DNA of 64,000 nucleotides, from assembly GCA_963676565.1 (NCBI GenBank), contig OY781089.1, positions 3,168,001 to 3,232,000 of the forward strand. The letters are read 5' to 3'. The DNA comes from Halarcobacter sp. (GTDB lineage Bacteria; Campylobacterota; Campylobacteria; Campylobacterales; Arcobacteraceae). The notes under the pieces were generated by a model. The model ran no database searches. It was given only the letters and a program-made list of their open reading frames with translations, and was not told the DNA's origin. Within the stretch, counting starts at the first letter, position 1. Every line of letters begins with the position of its first letter. Made by a program: the position numbers and the translations under genes. This document shows, piece after piece, positions 18,879-28,105 of this stretch.

Positions 18879-21437
18879 CTACATATAATTTAAATCTTCA
18901 GTTGCATCCTTATTTTGAATAATAGATTCAATTACTTCATCTGAAGAGTGGGTTTGTGGATTATTCTCATTATTTGAATTTTGCTCATTAGAGGATTGAT
19001 TATTTGAACTCTCATTTTGCATATTAAAATCAAGAGTAACTGTTGTTTGTGGATTATTAAAGTTTCTATTTATAGCATCCCTTAACATAGATTGATTTTC
19101 AACAAAAGCATCATGAGTAGAAGATTGAGATAAATTCATACTAATAGATATAGCATTCTCTTTATCAGCTTTCATTAAAATTGCAATATGTCCTAATTGA
19201 GCAGGGAATAAATTTATTCTAAATGCAGTTACAGGAGGTTTATAGTTTTCATACATATTTCTAGCTACATCAGACATCATACTTGACATTTGTTGTTGTG
19301 CACCAATAATTCTATTTTGAATTGTCATTGCTAAATTTGGATTCACATTTAAATTAACACTATTTGTCTCACTTGTAGAATTTGTATTTGTGCTTGTAGA
19401 AGAGGAATTAGTTACACTATTTGAAGCAATTTTTTGAGACTCTAAATTTTCTGCCGCTTTTTTAAGTAATTCTTCCACATTTAAATTTTTATTAAAAGCT
19501 AATTTATCCAATAAAGAAATTTTTTCTAAGTTTGGTTTAGTATTAGCTTGAGGTTCGGCTTTTACTGAACTTTCATCAACCTCAACTGATGTATCTTCTA
19601 AATTCAAATTTAAAATATTTGCACCTTTTTTTACATCTTCAATAGAAGATCCATCTTTTACAGTTTTAACACCCTCAGTTTTATTCGAAAGCATTTGATT
19701 ATATATTGAATTTTTTTGAGAACTTAAATATATATTTGTTGCAATATCATTATTGTTTTTATTTATAGTTCCTGGTTCAGGTGAAAGATTCTCTTGTAAA
19801 TTTGGATTTTTAGTAGATATTGTTTGAGCTTTTGCATTATCAAATAATCTATCCATCAATGATTTAGATTCTTGTTTTGGACTTTGAGCTTTAATATTTT
19901 CATCTTTGTTTGAAGATTCATTTAACTTTGAGATATCATCTTTTTTTAGATTTATTGTTTCATCGTTAGTATTTAAAGCTTGATTATCTAAATCAGAAAG
20001 CTTATTTTGAGTTGACCCAGAACTTACTTGTGAATTTGACTGTGAATTTGTATTATTTTGTTGTGTTGTATTTTTATCCGTTGATATATTTGTTTCTTGA
20101 GAACTATTATTTGCAACTTTTGTATTAGTATTATTTATTTCACTTTTTAGTTCAGTTTTAATCTCTTCTTTATTTGAAACACTTGACTTAGAATCCTCTT
20201 TTGAAATTGTAGTTTCAATATTCTCTTTTTTATTTAAGCTTATATCTTTTTCAACTTTTTTAGTATCATTTACAACTTCATCATCTAATTGTATATTTTG
20301 ATTTGGACTAGGTTTACTTTCTGTTTCTACCTTAGTTTTGATATCTTTTTTTAGTGGTTGAGATTCATCTGTTTTAGATTCTTGTGGTTTAGAATCTATT
20401 TTTTCAAGTTCATCAAAATTTATCTCCACTTGAGTTTGTGTAGAATTTATAGTTTTTGAATTATTTTCTTCTACTTTTTTAGTATCACTTGCATCTATAT
20501 CTTTTTTTGCTTCATTTACTAATTTATCTAATAATGAATTTGAATTTTCTGCTTTTGTCTCAGTTGATGGAGAAGAAGAATTCTGTTTTTCTTTTTTTGT
20601 CTCAGTTGTTGCATTTGTAGGAGAAGTACTATTTTGTTTTTCTTCTTTATTCTCACCTTTATTTTCTACAGTTTTTAAGTTTATTTCATCTTTTGCTTTT
20701 GAAACTAGCTTATCTAATAAAGAAGAATCTGACTTATTATCTTTAGTAGTTTTATTTTCTGTTTGTGCATCTTTTTCTTCTGGAACAACTTCTTTTATAC
20801 TTACTTTTTCATTTTCCTTTGAAGTTTCAATATTTGTCTTATCAACTATATTTAAATTTTTTTCTTCTGTTTTATTAACTTCTTGTTTAGTACTATTTAA
20901 ATCTTTTTCAATAGTTTGCCCTTTTGGCTCAACTTTTTCAGTGCTATTTTCTTTTATCTCAACACTATTTTTATTATTTGATTTTGTTTTTTGATTTGCT
21001 TCTAAAACCATTCTATCTAACATAGAATTTTTATTGATTGAAGGTTCACTAACCTTAGATTCTAAGTTTTTCTCTTTAGAGTCATTTGTACTAAGATTCT
21101 TAACTTCTTCTTTTGATTCTTTATTTTCAGAAGTTTTATTTTGAGATACTTTATTCTCTTGAGTTTTATCTATATTCTCATTTTTTGTTTGTGCTTGTTT
21201 ATTTTCAGTTTTATTATTAGTTTCAGCACTTGTTATTTGTTTTGATAAATCAGTATTTTGTTTAGATTTTTCATCTGATAAGTTTGTATTTTTGCTTTGA
21301 ATCTCATCTTTTGAACTAGTTAGTAAAGAATCAAAAAGAGATAATCCCTCTTTTTTTTCAGTTCCACTACTTTTTGTTCCAGAAGAAGCATTACTATCAG
21401 TTTTTGATAATGATAAAAAATCTATTTCTTTTGTCAT
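18879..21437 (-). CDS. fliK: Flagellar hook-length control protein FliK
   Basis: Long polar low-complexity region followed by a C-terminal T3S4-like domain (FRINLFPAQLGHIAI...LRDAI) and an N/Q/S-rich tail; flagellar context. Confidence 0.85.
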   Translation of the reverse strand: MTKEIDFLSLSKTDSNASSGTKSSGTEKKEGLSLFDSLLTSSKDEIQSKNTNLSDEKSKQNTDLSKQITSAETNNKTENKQAQTKNENIDKTQENKVSQNKTSENKESKEEVKNLSTNDSKEKNLESKVSEPSINKNSMLDRMVLEANQKTKSNNKNSVEIKENSTEKVEPKGQTIEKDLNSTKQEVNKTEEKNLNIVDKTNIETSKENEKVSIKEVVPEEKDAQTENKTTKDNKSDSSLLDKLVSKAKDEINLKTVENKGENKEEKQNSTSPTNATTETKKEKQNSSSPSTETKAENSNSLLDKLVNEAKKDIDASDTKKVEENNSKTINSTQTQVEINFDELEKIDSKPQESKTDESQPLKKDIKTKVETESKPSPNQNIQLDDEVVNDTKKVEKDISLNKKENIETTISKEDSKSSVSNKEEIKTELKSEINNTNTKVANNSSQETNISTDKNTTQQNNTNSQSNSQVSSGSTQNKLSDLDNQALNTNDETINLKKDDISKLNESSNKDENIKAQSPKQESKSLMDRLFDNAKAQTISTKNPNLQENLSPEPGTINKNNNDIATNIYLSSQKNSIYNQMLSNKTEGVKTVKDGSSIEDVKKGANILNLNLEDTSVEVDESSVKAEPQANTKPNLEKISLLDKLAFNKNLNVEELLKKAAENLESQKIASNSVTNSSSTSTNTNSTSETNSVNLNVNPNLAMTIQNRIIGAQQQMSSMMSDVARNMYENYKPPVTAFRINLFPAQLGHIAILMKADKENAISISMNLSQSSTHDAFVENQSMLRDAINRNFNNPQTTVTLDFNMQNESSNNQSSNEQNSNNENNPQTHSSDEVIESIIQNKDATEDLNYM

Positions 21438-21440
21438 TTT

Positions 21441-21899
21441 TTATGCTTTTAAAATCTCTAATGTTTTAGAATCAATATTCTTATGAGTATTGAAAGTTGC
21501 AACATTAGCTTCATATGACCGCATAGCCTCAATTAAATCAACCATCTCAACAACTGGGTTGATATTTGGGTATGCAACATAACCATCTTCATTTGCATCG
21601 GGATGAGAAGGTTCGTATTTCATAACTGGTTCAGCATCATTTTCTACTATAGATTTTACACCTACACCTCTTAATTCAGCACTAGTATTTTTATTATTTG
21701 TTTCTTGTAAGTTATTATTAAGATTTTTAGTATTATTAACTAAAAGTTCTTCAAATACAACATTTTGTTTTTTATATGGTCCACCAGCTTCTGTATGAGT
21801 AGTCTTTGCATTTGCAATATTTGCACTTACTACATTAATTCTTGTTCTTTGTGCACCCATTCCAGAAGAAGCAATATTATATCCATCAAATAAACCCAT
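21441..21899 (-). CDS. flgC: Basal-body rod protein FlgC
   Basis: Motifs SANIANA, YEPSHPDANEDGYVAYPNIN, RSYEAN. Confidence 0.97.
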   Translation of the reverse strand: MGLFDGYNIASSGMGAQRTRINVVSANIANAKTTHTEAGGPYKKQNVVFEELLVNNTKNLNNNLQETNNKNTSAELRGVGVKSIVENDAEPVMKYEPSHPDANEDGYVAYPNINPVVEMVDLIEAMRSYEANVATFNTHKNIDSKTLEILKA

Positions 21900-21912
21900 C
21901 TAAAGCCTCCAA

Positions 21913-22209
21913 TTAAACTTGCATCTTACTGATTTCTTTATATGCATTTATAGCTTTATTTTTTACTTCTAATGCTAATTTTAAAGATAACTCAGCTTCT
22001 TCTATTTTTTGAACAGCTTCTTGAAGATTCTTAACATTTCCAGTTGCGATACCTTCCATAGCTTTATAACCTTCAACTTGACTAGTATTAACTTCTTTCA
22101 TAGCATCATTTAACATCCCAGAAAAAGTTGCACCATCATTTTTTTGAGTAGGATTTGCTTGGTTTTTTGTTAATGAACCTATTGAGTTTGCGATTGAAGA
22201 AATATTCAT
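21913..22209 (-). CDS. fliE: Hook-basal body protein FliE
   Basis: C-terminal LEVKNKAINAYKEISKMQV signature. Confidence 0.96.
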   Translation of the reverse strand: MNISSIANSIGSLTKNQANPTQKNDGATFSGMLNDAMKEVNTSQVEGYKAMEGIATGNVKNLQEAVQKIEEAELSLKLALEVKNKAINAYKEISKMQV

Positions 22210-22217
22210 CTAAATCC

Positions 22218-22541
22218 TTAATTTGTTTTCTTACCAACATTTTGTGCATCTTGCACACCAAGTTCAGCCATCATTGCATTTATTTTTTCTTCATTATATT
22301 TAAAGTTTAGTTCTTCTCTTCTATTATCTAAGTTAAAAAGTAAAATTATTAAAGAAAGCATCATATTTGAAACTCCCTTAAGTACAATAGTTACACCAAT
22401 AATACCAAAAATCATCTCTAAGGGTGTGTATAAATCTGCATTAATCACAAAAAATATTAAAGTGGCAAAAAAGCCAGTGGCAATATAAAGTCTAAAAACA
22501 CCACTATTAATTACATTTTGTGAAAATCTTTCTACTACCAT
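22218..22541 (-). CDS. Small two-TM flagellar membrane protein, FlgV-like
   Basis: Two hydrophobic helices (GFFATLIFFVI...) and a short cytoplasmic tail; lies immediately after flhF-flhG, where flgV sits in Campylobacter/Helicobacter. Confidence 0.6.
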   Translation of the reverse strand: MVVERFSQNVINSGVFRLYIATGFFATLIFFVINADLYTPLEMIFGIIGVTIVLKGVSNMMLSLIILLFNLDNRREELNFKYNEEKINAMMAELGVQDAQNVGKKTN

Positions 22542-22597
22542 AGACTACCTATGTAAAATAAAAAAATATTTGATATTGATGCACACACAAATAAACC

Positions 22598-23413
22598 TTA
22601 CTTTAAATCGTTTAGTAATGTGTCAATCACCTTTTGTAGTTCTCTAGTTATTTGATCATTTTGGAACTCATGAACAAATAATTTTCTTAATCTTGACGTC
22701 GTAGATATATTAGCTGATGTTGAAACATTACCTATATATTTTACCATAAAATTTGAATTTAACAAATTTTTTTTAGCTAAATTAACTAAAGATTTAGAAA
22801 TTGTCTCACCAATTTGGTAACTTTTTGTATGATTAAAGCATAATAATAAACTTTTTTTATCAATTGAAAGTAATTTCATCAATGCATACACATCAGTTAA
22901 GGCAGATGGGTCAGTTGTTGTAAGAGCTAAAATATTATCTGAAACCGATAAAAATTCCTGAACATATTCATTTAATCCTGCACCTGTGTCAATTAAAACA
23001 ATATCATAATTATTATATTCTTTAATATCCTGAACAATTCTACTTAAAACAAGTGAGTTACTTAAACTAGCATACTGATAGCCACTTTTTCCTGCAATCA
23101 AAGATAAATTTGCATAAGCTGTGTTTGAGACAACTTCACTAATTGAATTTCTACCTTCAATATAATCAAATAGAGTTAGTTTTGGCTTTAAATCAAATAA
23201 AACTTGTAAGTTTGCTAATCCTATATCTGCATCAACTACCACAACTTTAAAACCTCGTTTAGCTAATAAATAGGCGATATTTGCTGTGAAAGTTGATTTA
23301 CCAACTCCCCCTTTTCCAGAGGTAATTGTAATAACCTTTGTTTTACTAATATTATTTTTAGGTTTTGTTAAATTAATTAATTTACTAGCTTGAGAAGAGA
23401 TCGAATTAAACAA
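22598..23413 (-). CDS. flhG: MinD-like flagellar number regulator FlhG
   Basis: Motifs SGKGGVGKS, DADIGLANL, DTGAG, DPSALTDVYALMK; follows flhF. Confidence 0.95.
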   Translation of the reverse strand: MFNSISSQASKLINLTKPKNNISKTKVITITSGKGGVGKSTFTANIAYLLAKRGFKVVVVDADIGLANLQVLFDLKPKLTLFDYIEGRNSISEVVSNTAYANLSLIAGKSGYQYASLSNSLVLSRIVQDIKEYNNYDIVLIDTGAGLNEYVQEFLSVSDNILALTTTDPSALTDVYALMKLLSIDKKSLLLCFNHTKSYQIGETISKSLVNLAKKNLLNSNFMVKYIGNVSTSANISTTSRLRKLFVHEFQNDQITRELQKVIDTLLNDLK

Positions 23414-23416
23414 ATG

Positions 23417-24568
23417 TTATCTCCTAGCACAAGCATTATTCATAAAACAATCAATTAAAAAAGATGAGTCAGAAACAATTAAATCATCTGGTACATTTTG
23501 ACCAATAGAAAAATATGTAATTGATTTTTTAGTTTTATGAGCGAAAGAGATTAAATTCCCAAAACTTCTAGTTTCATCTAGTTTTGTAAAGGTTAAAAAA
23601 TCAATATTTAATCTTGAATAATTTGTATAAATATCAATTAAATCACTATGCTTTACATTTGCTGGTAAAACTAAAACTTTTTCAATAGGTAACTCACTTA
23701 CTCTATTTTGAAACTCATTTACAAGTTCAATTTTATCAACATCATATTGACTAGATCCAGCTGTATCTATAAAAATATAATTACAATCTTTTAGTCTTAA
23801 TAAAGCTTCAACTAACTCTTCTGGTTTTTTTACAACCTCTAAAGGAAGTCTCATAATATTTGTATATGCTTGTAGTTGTTCTATTGCACCAACTCTAAAT
23901 GAATCTAAAGTTACAATTCCTACTTTATAGTTTTGTCCTAATTTATAAGCATATCTTGCAGCTAATTTTGCAATAGTCGTTGTCTTTCCAACTCCAGTTG
24001 GTCCAACCATCATTATGATTTTTCTTTGATGTTTTCTTAATGGAATCTCTTGTTTAATAGGTATAATTCTTCTTAAAATCAATTTGAAAAAATCGTTTAC
24101 CTTTTTAGGATTTGCTTTCAAAGCAACAGGTAGCTGTCTTATTGTCTTTTTCATAATTGTATAAGTCATTTCTTGATCAAATTCATTTTGCTCGAAAAGA
24201 TTATAAATGTCAACAAACTCTGGAGGTATAGTTAAATCATACAATTGACTTTTAGGATCCCATAAACTTTTTTGAACCTGAACAATGGCATCTTGCATCT
24301 TAAGAATTTCTTCTCTAAAGTCGTAAACTTTTGCATTAAAGTTTGTTTGTCCAGCTTGCTTTGGTTTTACAGAGATTTGTTTAGTAGGAATAGTTGATTG
24401 CTTGTATTCATCTTCAATGGCAACAACAACTTCATACATATCCTTTGTACCATCATTTGCACTTGATATTTTTTTTGTTGATACTACAATTGCATCCTCT
24501 CCACACTCATCTTGAGCATTTTTTAGAGCAATAGTTGGTGTCTCACCTAAAAAAGAGAGCATATTCAT
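23417..24568 (-). CDS. flhF: SRP-type GTPase FlhF
   Basis: Motifs GPTGVGKTTTIAKLA, DTAG, TKLDET, GQNVPDD. Confidence 0.96.
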   Translation of the reverse strand: MNMLSFLGETPTIALKNAQDECGEDAIVVSTKKISSANDGTKDMYEVVVAIEDEYKQSTIPTKQISVKPKQAGQTNFNAKVYDFREEILKMQDAIVQVQKSLWDPKSQLYDLTIPPEFVDIYNLFEQNEFDQEMTYTIMKKTIRQLPVALKANPKKVNDFFKLILRRIIPIKQEIPLRKHQRKIIMMVGPTGVGKTTTIAKLAARYAYKLGQNYKVGIVTLDSFRVGAIEQLQAYTNIMRLPLEVVKKPEELVEALLRLKDCNYIFIDTAGSSQYDVDKIELVNEFQNRVSELPIEKVLVLPANVKHSDLIDIYTNYSRLNIDFLTFTKLDETRSFGNLISFAHKTKKSITYFSIGQNVPDDLIVSDSSFLIDCFMNNACARR

Positions 24569-24963
24569 TGTAGTCTTCCATCTTTATAAATTTTTTCAAT
24601 TTTTCCATCAATCTTTTTTATTTTAATATATTCATCATTTTCATAAATAACTTCACCAGGTCTTTCCACTTCAATAGCTCCAAAATTAAATAAAACTGAT
24701 TTTTTTGTATACTCTTCAACATCCTTTGAACATAAAACTGTACCTTTTCTTAAATATCTTTTTGCCAATAATTTATTTGATTTAAAATCTGATATTTCCA
24801 AAGGAATACAATATTTTTTTACACTTGATACATTTGCAGGTATTAGCATTGAAGCATCAATAACTTCATGAAAATCAATATCTTTTGTTGTTTTAACAAC
24901 TTCAATTGCATATAAATTTATAGAAAAAAAAGTAATGAGCAAAAGGGTTTTAAGCCTTAACAT
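24565..24963 (-). CDS. Short FlgA-like (SAF-domain) P-ring chaperone
   Basis: Likely start is ATG 24963 (signal peptide MLRLKTLLLITFFSINLYA, G-rich RBS). SAF-like VVKTTKDI...LAKRYLRKGTVL..DV is followed by an FlgA-like C-terminal beta region. Confidence 0.6.
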   Translation of the reverse strand: MLRLKTLLLITFFSINLYAIEVVKTTKDIDFHEVIDASMLIPANVSSVKKYCIPLEISDFKSNKLLAKRYLRKGTVLCSKDVEEYTKKSVLFNFGAIEVERPGEVIYENDEYIKIKKIDGKIEKIYKDGRLQ

Positions 24964-25327
24964 TAAAAAAGTTACCCCCGTTGTTATCTGTAATTTCATC
25001 TACTATATCTTTATACATTTGTTGAATTGGTTGAACAATCATAGCTAGTTTTCTATTTAATTCATAAAGTCTTTTTAACTCGGCTTCTAAATTATCTACT
25101 TGGTCTCTATAAATATTTACATCAACGCCATTTTGTAATTCGTTAACAATCTCTTGATTTAAACGTTTCTTATAAAGAGTTATTTTCTCAATCATATCTT
25201 GTTTTTCATCATTTCGATTTAAAAGTTGGGTATGTTTTGCTTGTTTTATATCTTCTATATCTTGAAGTATAAAATTTTGCATTTTGTTTACAAGTTCAAT
25301 CATCTCTTTTACAATAGTTTCAACCAT
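24950..25327 (-). CDS. flgN: FlgN-like flagellar export chaperone
   Basis: Helical 125-aa protein with DIEDIKQAKH..L..RN..K and LYELNRKL patterns typical of Campylobacterota FlgN; next to flgJ. Confidence 0.7.
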   Translation of the reverse strand: MVETIVKEMIELVNKMQNFILQDIEDIKQAKHTQLLNRNDEKQDMIEKITLYKKRLNQEIVNELQNGVDVNIYRDQVDNLEAELKRLYELNRKLAMIVQPIQQMYKDIVDEITDNNGGNFFNVKA

Positions 25328-25339
25328 AATTTACTCTTT

Positions 25340-25639
25340 TTACTTTCGTTCTGATAAAAAATTATAAAGCATATCGCTTAAGCCAACTGTACCTGTAGAT
25401 TGTCTTGCAACTGCTTCTGTATATAAACCTTTTATAATATCAGAGCCACTTCCTTCACCTGCAATTGGAGTAGATTTTAGTGAAATATCTAAAAGTTGTT
25501 GCATAAAAAAAGCTTCAAAATCATCTGTAACTTTTCTTAAAGAATCATCTTGCAATTTTGAACTATCAATGTTCTTATATTTATCCGTTGGATTAGTTTT
25601 AATAGTGTTTATATCAACTAAATTTGTATTTATTTCCAT
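25340..25639 (-). CDS. flgJ: Rod-binding protein FlgJ (short form, no muramidase domain)
   Basis: Rod-binding motif LRKVTDDFEAFFMQQLL...GSDIIKGLY...GLSDMLY. Confidence 0.88.
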   Translation of the reverse strand: MEINTNLVDINTIKTNPTDKYKNIDSSKLQDDSLRKVTDDFEAFFMQQLLDISLKSTPIAGEGSGSDIIKGLYTEAVARQSTGTVGLSDMLYNFLSERK

Positions 25640-25641
25640 TT

Positions 25642-26415
25642 CTACTCCACTCTGTCAAAGAAGTTTTCTTCACTTAAAAGTTCTTCTTGATTATCTTGAG
25701 AGAAAAATCTCATCTCAACTCTTCTATTATCAGATGCCTTTTCACTTTTTGGATGATAAGAAGCATATGCAGAAACTTTTAAAATAGAAGGGTCTATTCT
25801 ATTTTTAATAAGCTCTTTTACAACTTCAATTGAACGCAAGGCAGAAATATCCCAGTTATCTCTAGGAATTTTATCATCACTATACGGACTTGCAGAGGTA
25901 TGTCCTATAACTTCAATATTGTAAGTTTGAGGCATCGTTCTAATAACTCTTGCAATTTTAGCAATAAATCTTTTTGCATTTGAATTTGTTAAAAGATATT
26001 CTCCCTCTTCAAAAATTATAGTTGATGGAATATCTAATGTAAACTCATTTTTCCCTTTTTCTAATTTAATTTGCTCAGTCTCTTCGGCATTATTTTCATT
26101 TATTTGTTCAACTAAATCAGAAACTTCCTCTGCAGCTTGTTGCATAGAATTATCTGTTGAATCTACACTATCATCTTGAGAGCTACTATTTTGGGTTGAA
26201 TATTTTTCAGATTGAGTTTCAACATCAGTTGAAGCATCAATAAAACCCATTGCTTTTCTCATTACATCAAAATACTCTTCTACTTTTTTCTTATCCATAA
26301 CTGCCATAGATAAAAGTAAAATAAAAAAAGTAAGTAAAAGTGACATTAAGTCACCAAATTGAACTAACCAACCTGGTAAACATTTTGGACACTCAGGACA
26401 TTTATCTTTTGCCAT
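25642..26415 (-). CDS. motB: Flagellar stator B subunit (MotB/PomB family)
   Basis: TM helix WLVQFGDLMSLLLTFFILL with the conserved Asp; OmpA-like domain (GHT, NWDISALR, NRRVE). Confidence 0.95.
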   Translation of the reverse strand: MAKDKCPECPKCLPGWLVQFGDLMSLLLTFFILLLSMAVMDKKKVEEYFDVMRKAMGFIDASTDVETQSEKYSTQNSSSQDDSVDSTDNSMQQAAEEVSDLVEQINENNAEETEQIKLEKGKNEFTLDIPSTIIFEEGEYLLTNSNAKRFIAKIARVIRTMPQTYNIEVIGHTSASPYSDDKIPRDNWDISALRSIEVVKELIKNRIDPSILKVSAYASYHPKSEKASDNRRVEMRFFSQDNQEELLSEENFFDRVE

Positions 26416-26426
26416 AAGTTTTTTTT

Positions 26427-27182
26427 CTACTCTTCAATTTCAACAAGAATCGAATTTAGTTGCATTTTAATATTTCCAATTGATTCTTCAGCTGCAATCA
26501 TAGTTGCACCTTTTATTATAACTTCACAAGTATCAACTTCTTTTTTATGCTTTTGAGCAAGCTTACTCTCAATAATACCAGCAAATAAAGTACCAACTAA
26601 TGCACCATACATTGTTGTAAGTAAAGCAACCGCCATAGCTGGACCAACAGCAGCTGGATCTGAAAGGTTAGCAAGCATTGCAACTAGACCAACAAGAGTA
26701 CCAATCATTCCCATTGCCCCTGCGGTACCACCTACATTACCAAATAAACCAATCATAGTTTCATGTCTTTTTGACATATATTCTAATTTTGTTTCTAATA
26801 AAGGTTGAAGAGTTTCAGCTTTTGTACCATCAACTAATAACTGAAAAGCTTCTTTGAAAAAAGGATTTGATTCTTCTAAAACTTTTTGCTCAATATGCAT
26901 TACGCCATGTTTTTTAATCTCTGTAGCATAAAAAGTGATTTTTTCAACTAATTCAGGTAATGGTTCAAATTTCACTTCATTTAAAGCAACTTTCATTGCA
27001 GGAGTAACTCTTTTTAAATCACTTCCTTCAAATTGACCTGCCGTTACAGCTATTGTACCACCAAGAACAATAACAACAGAAGGGATATCAATATAAGGAC
27101 CAAATCCTACACCACCTAATATAATTGCAAGGGCAACAAGGGCCCAACCACCACCTAAACCACCAGCTGTACTCTTATCCAT
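26427..27182 (-). CDS. motA: Flagellar stator A subunit (MotA/PomA family)
   Basis: Motifs MGMIGTLVGLVAML and GPAMAVALLTTMYG. Confidence 0.95.
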   Translation of the reverse strand: MDKSTAGGLGGGWALVALAIILGGVGFGPYIDIPSVVIVLGGTIAVTAGQFEGSDLKRVTPAMKVALNEVKFEPLPELVEKITFYATEIKKHGVMHIEQKVLEESNPFFKEAFQLLVDGTKAETLQPLLETKLEYMSKRHETMIGLFGNVGGTAGAMGMIGTLVGLVAMLANLSDPAAVGPAMAVALLTTMYGALVGTLFAGIIESKLAQKHKKEVDTCEVIIKGATMIAAEESIGNIKMQLNSILVEIEE

Positions 27183-27185
27183 ATG

Positions 27186-28085
27186 CTAAAATCCTATTTG
27201 GCTTAATCTTGTTGAGCCATTTCCAATGTTTTTAACTTTTAAACCAAATTTTCCTTCAACAATTACGGCTTCACCTTCACCTATTTTAACACCATTTACT
27301 AATATTTCAAGGGGTTCATTAACCATTTGTTCTAATTCAATAATCTCACCAATATCCCATCTAAGAATATCTTTTAATAAAAAGTTTTTCGTACCTAACC
27401 TTACACTAAGCTTTAACTTTATATCAAATAACAATTGTAAGTTTTCAGCTGATTCTTCAGACAGTAAAGAACTAATCCCTAAAGGTGATGAAGAGCTTGA
27501 AGAAGTGTTTGTATTTTGTACATTATTGTTCGTTGGCGCTACCTTAGCTTCTGCTGTAGTTTCCTCTTTCCCTGTGATTCCAGACAAATATGGCAAAGCA
27601 AGTTCATCAAAAGCCACATAAATAGGTAGTTTTTCTCCATCTAAAGTTAAATCAAAAAAATAACTATTTTCTAAACCTTTTAATTCACTGCAATCTTTTA
27701 TAACAGAACCTAAAACTTCAGACTTTATTGATAATATATCAGCAAAACCTTGAGCATTAACGCTAGTACATAAACTTCCACAAACGTTTGCTATAATTTC
27801 ATTTACTGCATCAGTAATCTCATCATCAATATGTTCTTTTAGATCTCCCATACCACCTAACATAAAATATTCAAATTTTGTTGCAGTATTTGTTGGTATA
27901 AAAAATTTCCATATTGATGAAATATCTGAAAAGTCAAATTTAATTGATACTTCAATACACTGTGAATCTTCCAATTCCTGGGCTTTAGATTCATTTATTG
28001 AATCTATAATTACTTTTTTTGAAAGTAATTGCTCAAGGGTATTGGCTAATTCATCTTTTAAAAAACTTGATAAATCTGACGCCAA
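27186..28085 (-). CDS. fliY: C-ring protein FliY (CheC-like N-domain plus FliN/SpoA domain)
   Basis: C-terminal SpoA domain (LSVRLG...GEIIELEQMVNEPLEILVNGVKIGEGEAV); N-terminal degenerate CheC-like region (DAVNEIIAN). Confidence 0.8.
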   Translation of the reverse strand: MASDLSSFLKDELANTLEQLLSKKVIIDSINESKAQELEDSQCIEVSIKFDFSDISSIWKFFIPTNTATKFEYFMLGGMGDLKEHIDDEITDAVNEIIANVCGSLCTSVNAQGFADILSIKSEVLGSVIKDCSELKGLENSYFFDLTLDGEKLPIYVAFDELALPYLSGITGKEETTAEAKVAPTNNNVQNTNTSSSSSSPLGISSLLSEESAENLQLLFDIKLKLSVRLGTKNFLLKDILRWDIGEIIELEQMVNEPLEILVNGVKIGEGEAVIVEGKFGLKVKNIGNGSTRLSQIGF

Positions 28086-28105
28086 GAAATAACCTTTTTA
28101 TTTTA

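Noticed and set aside
18879..21437. Possible adhesin or surface repeat protein
   Set aside because: No signal peptide; the C-terminal FliK-type domain and flagellar context explain it.
24964..24999. ORF-track N-terminal extensions (flgA-like from 24999; also clpS 4513, ffh 47016, U32 54815)
   Set aside because: Downstream starts have better RBS spacing and give sensible N-termini.
26416..26426. Homopolymer A/T runs (e.g. T8 upstream of motB) as phase-variation tracts
   Set aside because: Runs of 7-9 A/T are expected at this base composition; I saw no long poly-G/C tract or frameshifted gene.
27186..28085. Calling this gene fliM or an active CheC-type phosphatase
   Set aside because: It lacks the FliM N-terminal LSQ.EID.LL peptide, and the E-x2-N phosphatase motif is degenerate (E-x3-N), as expected for Campylobacterota FliY.
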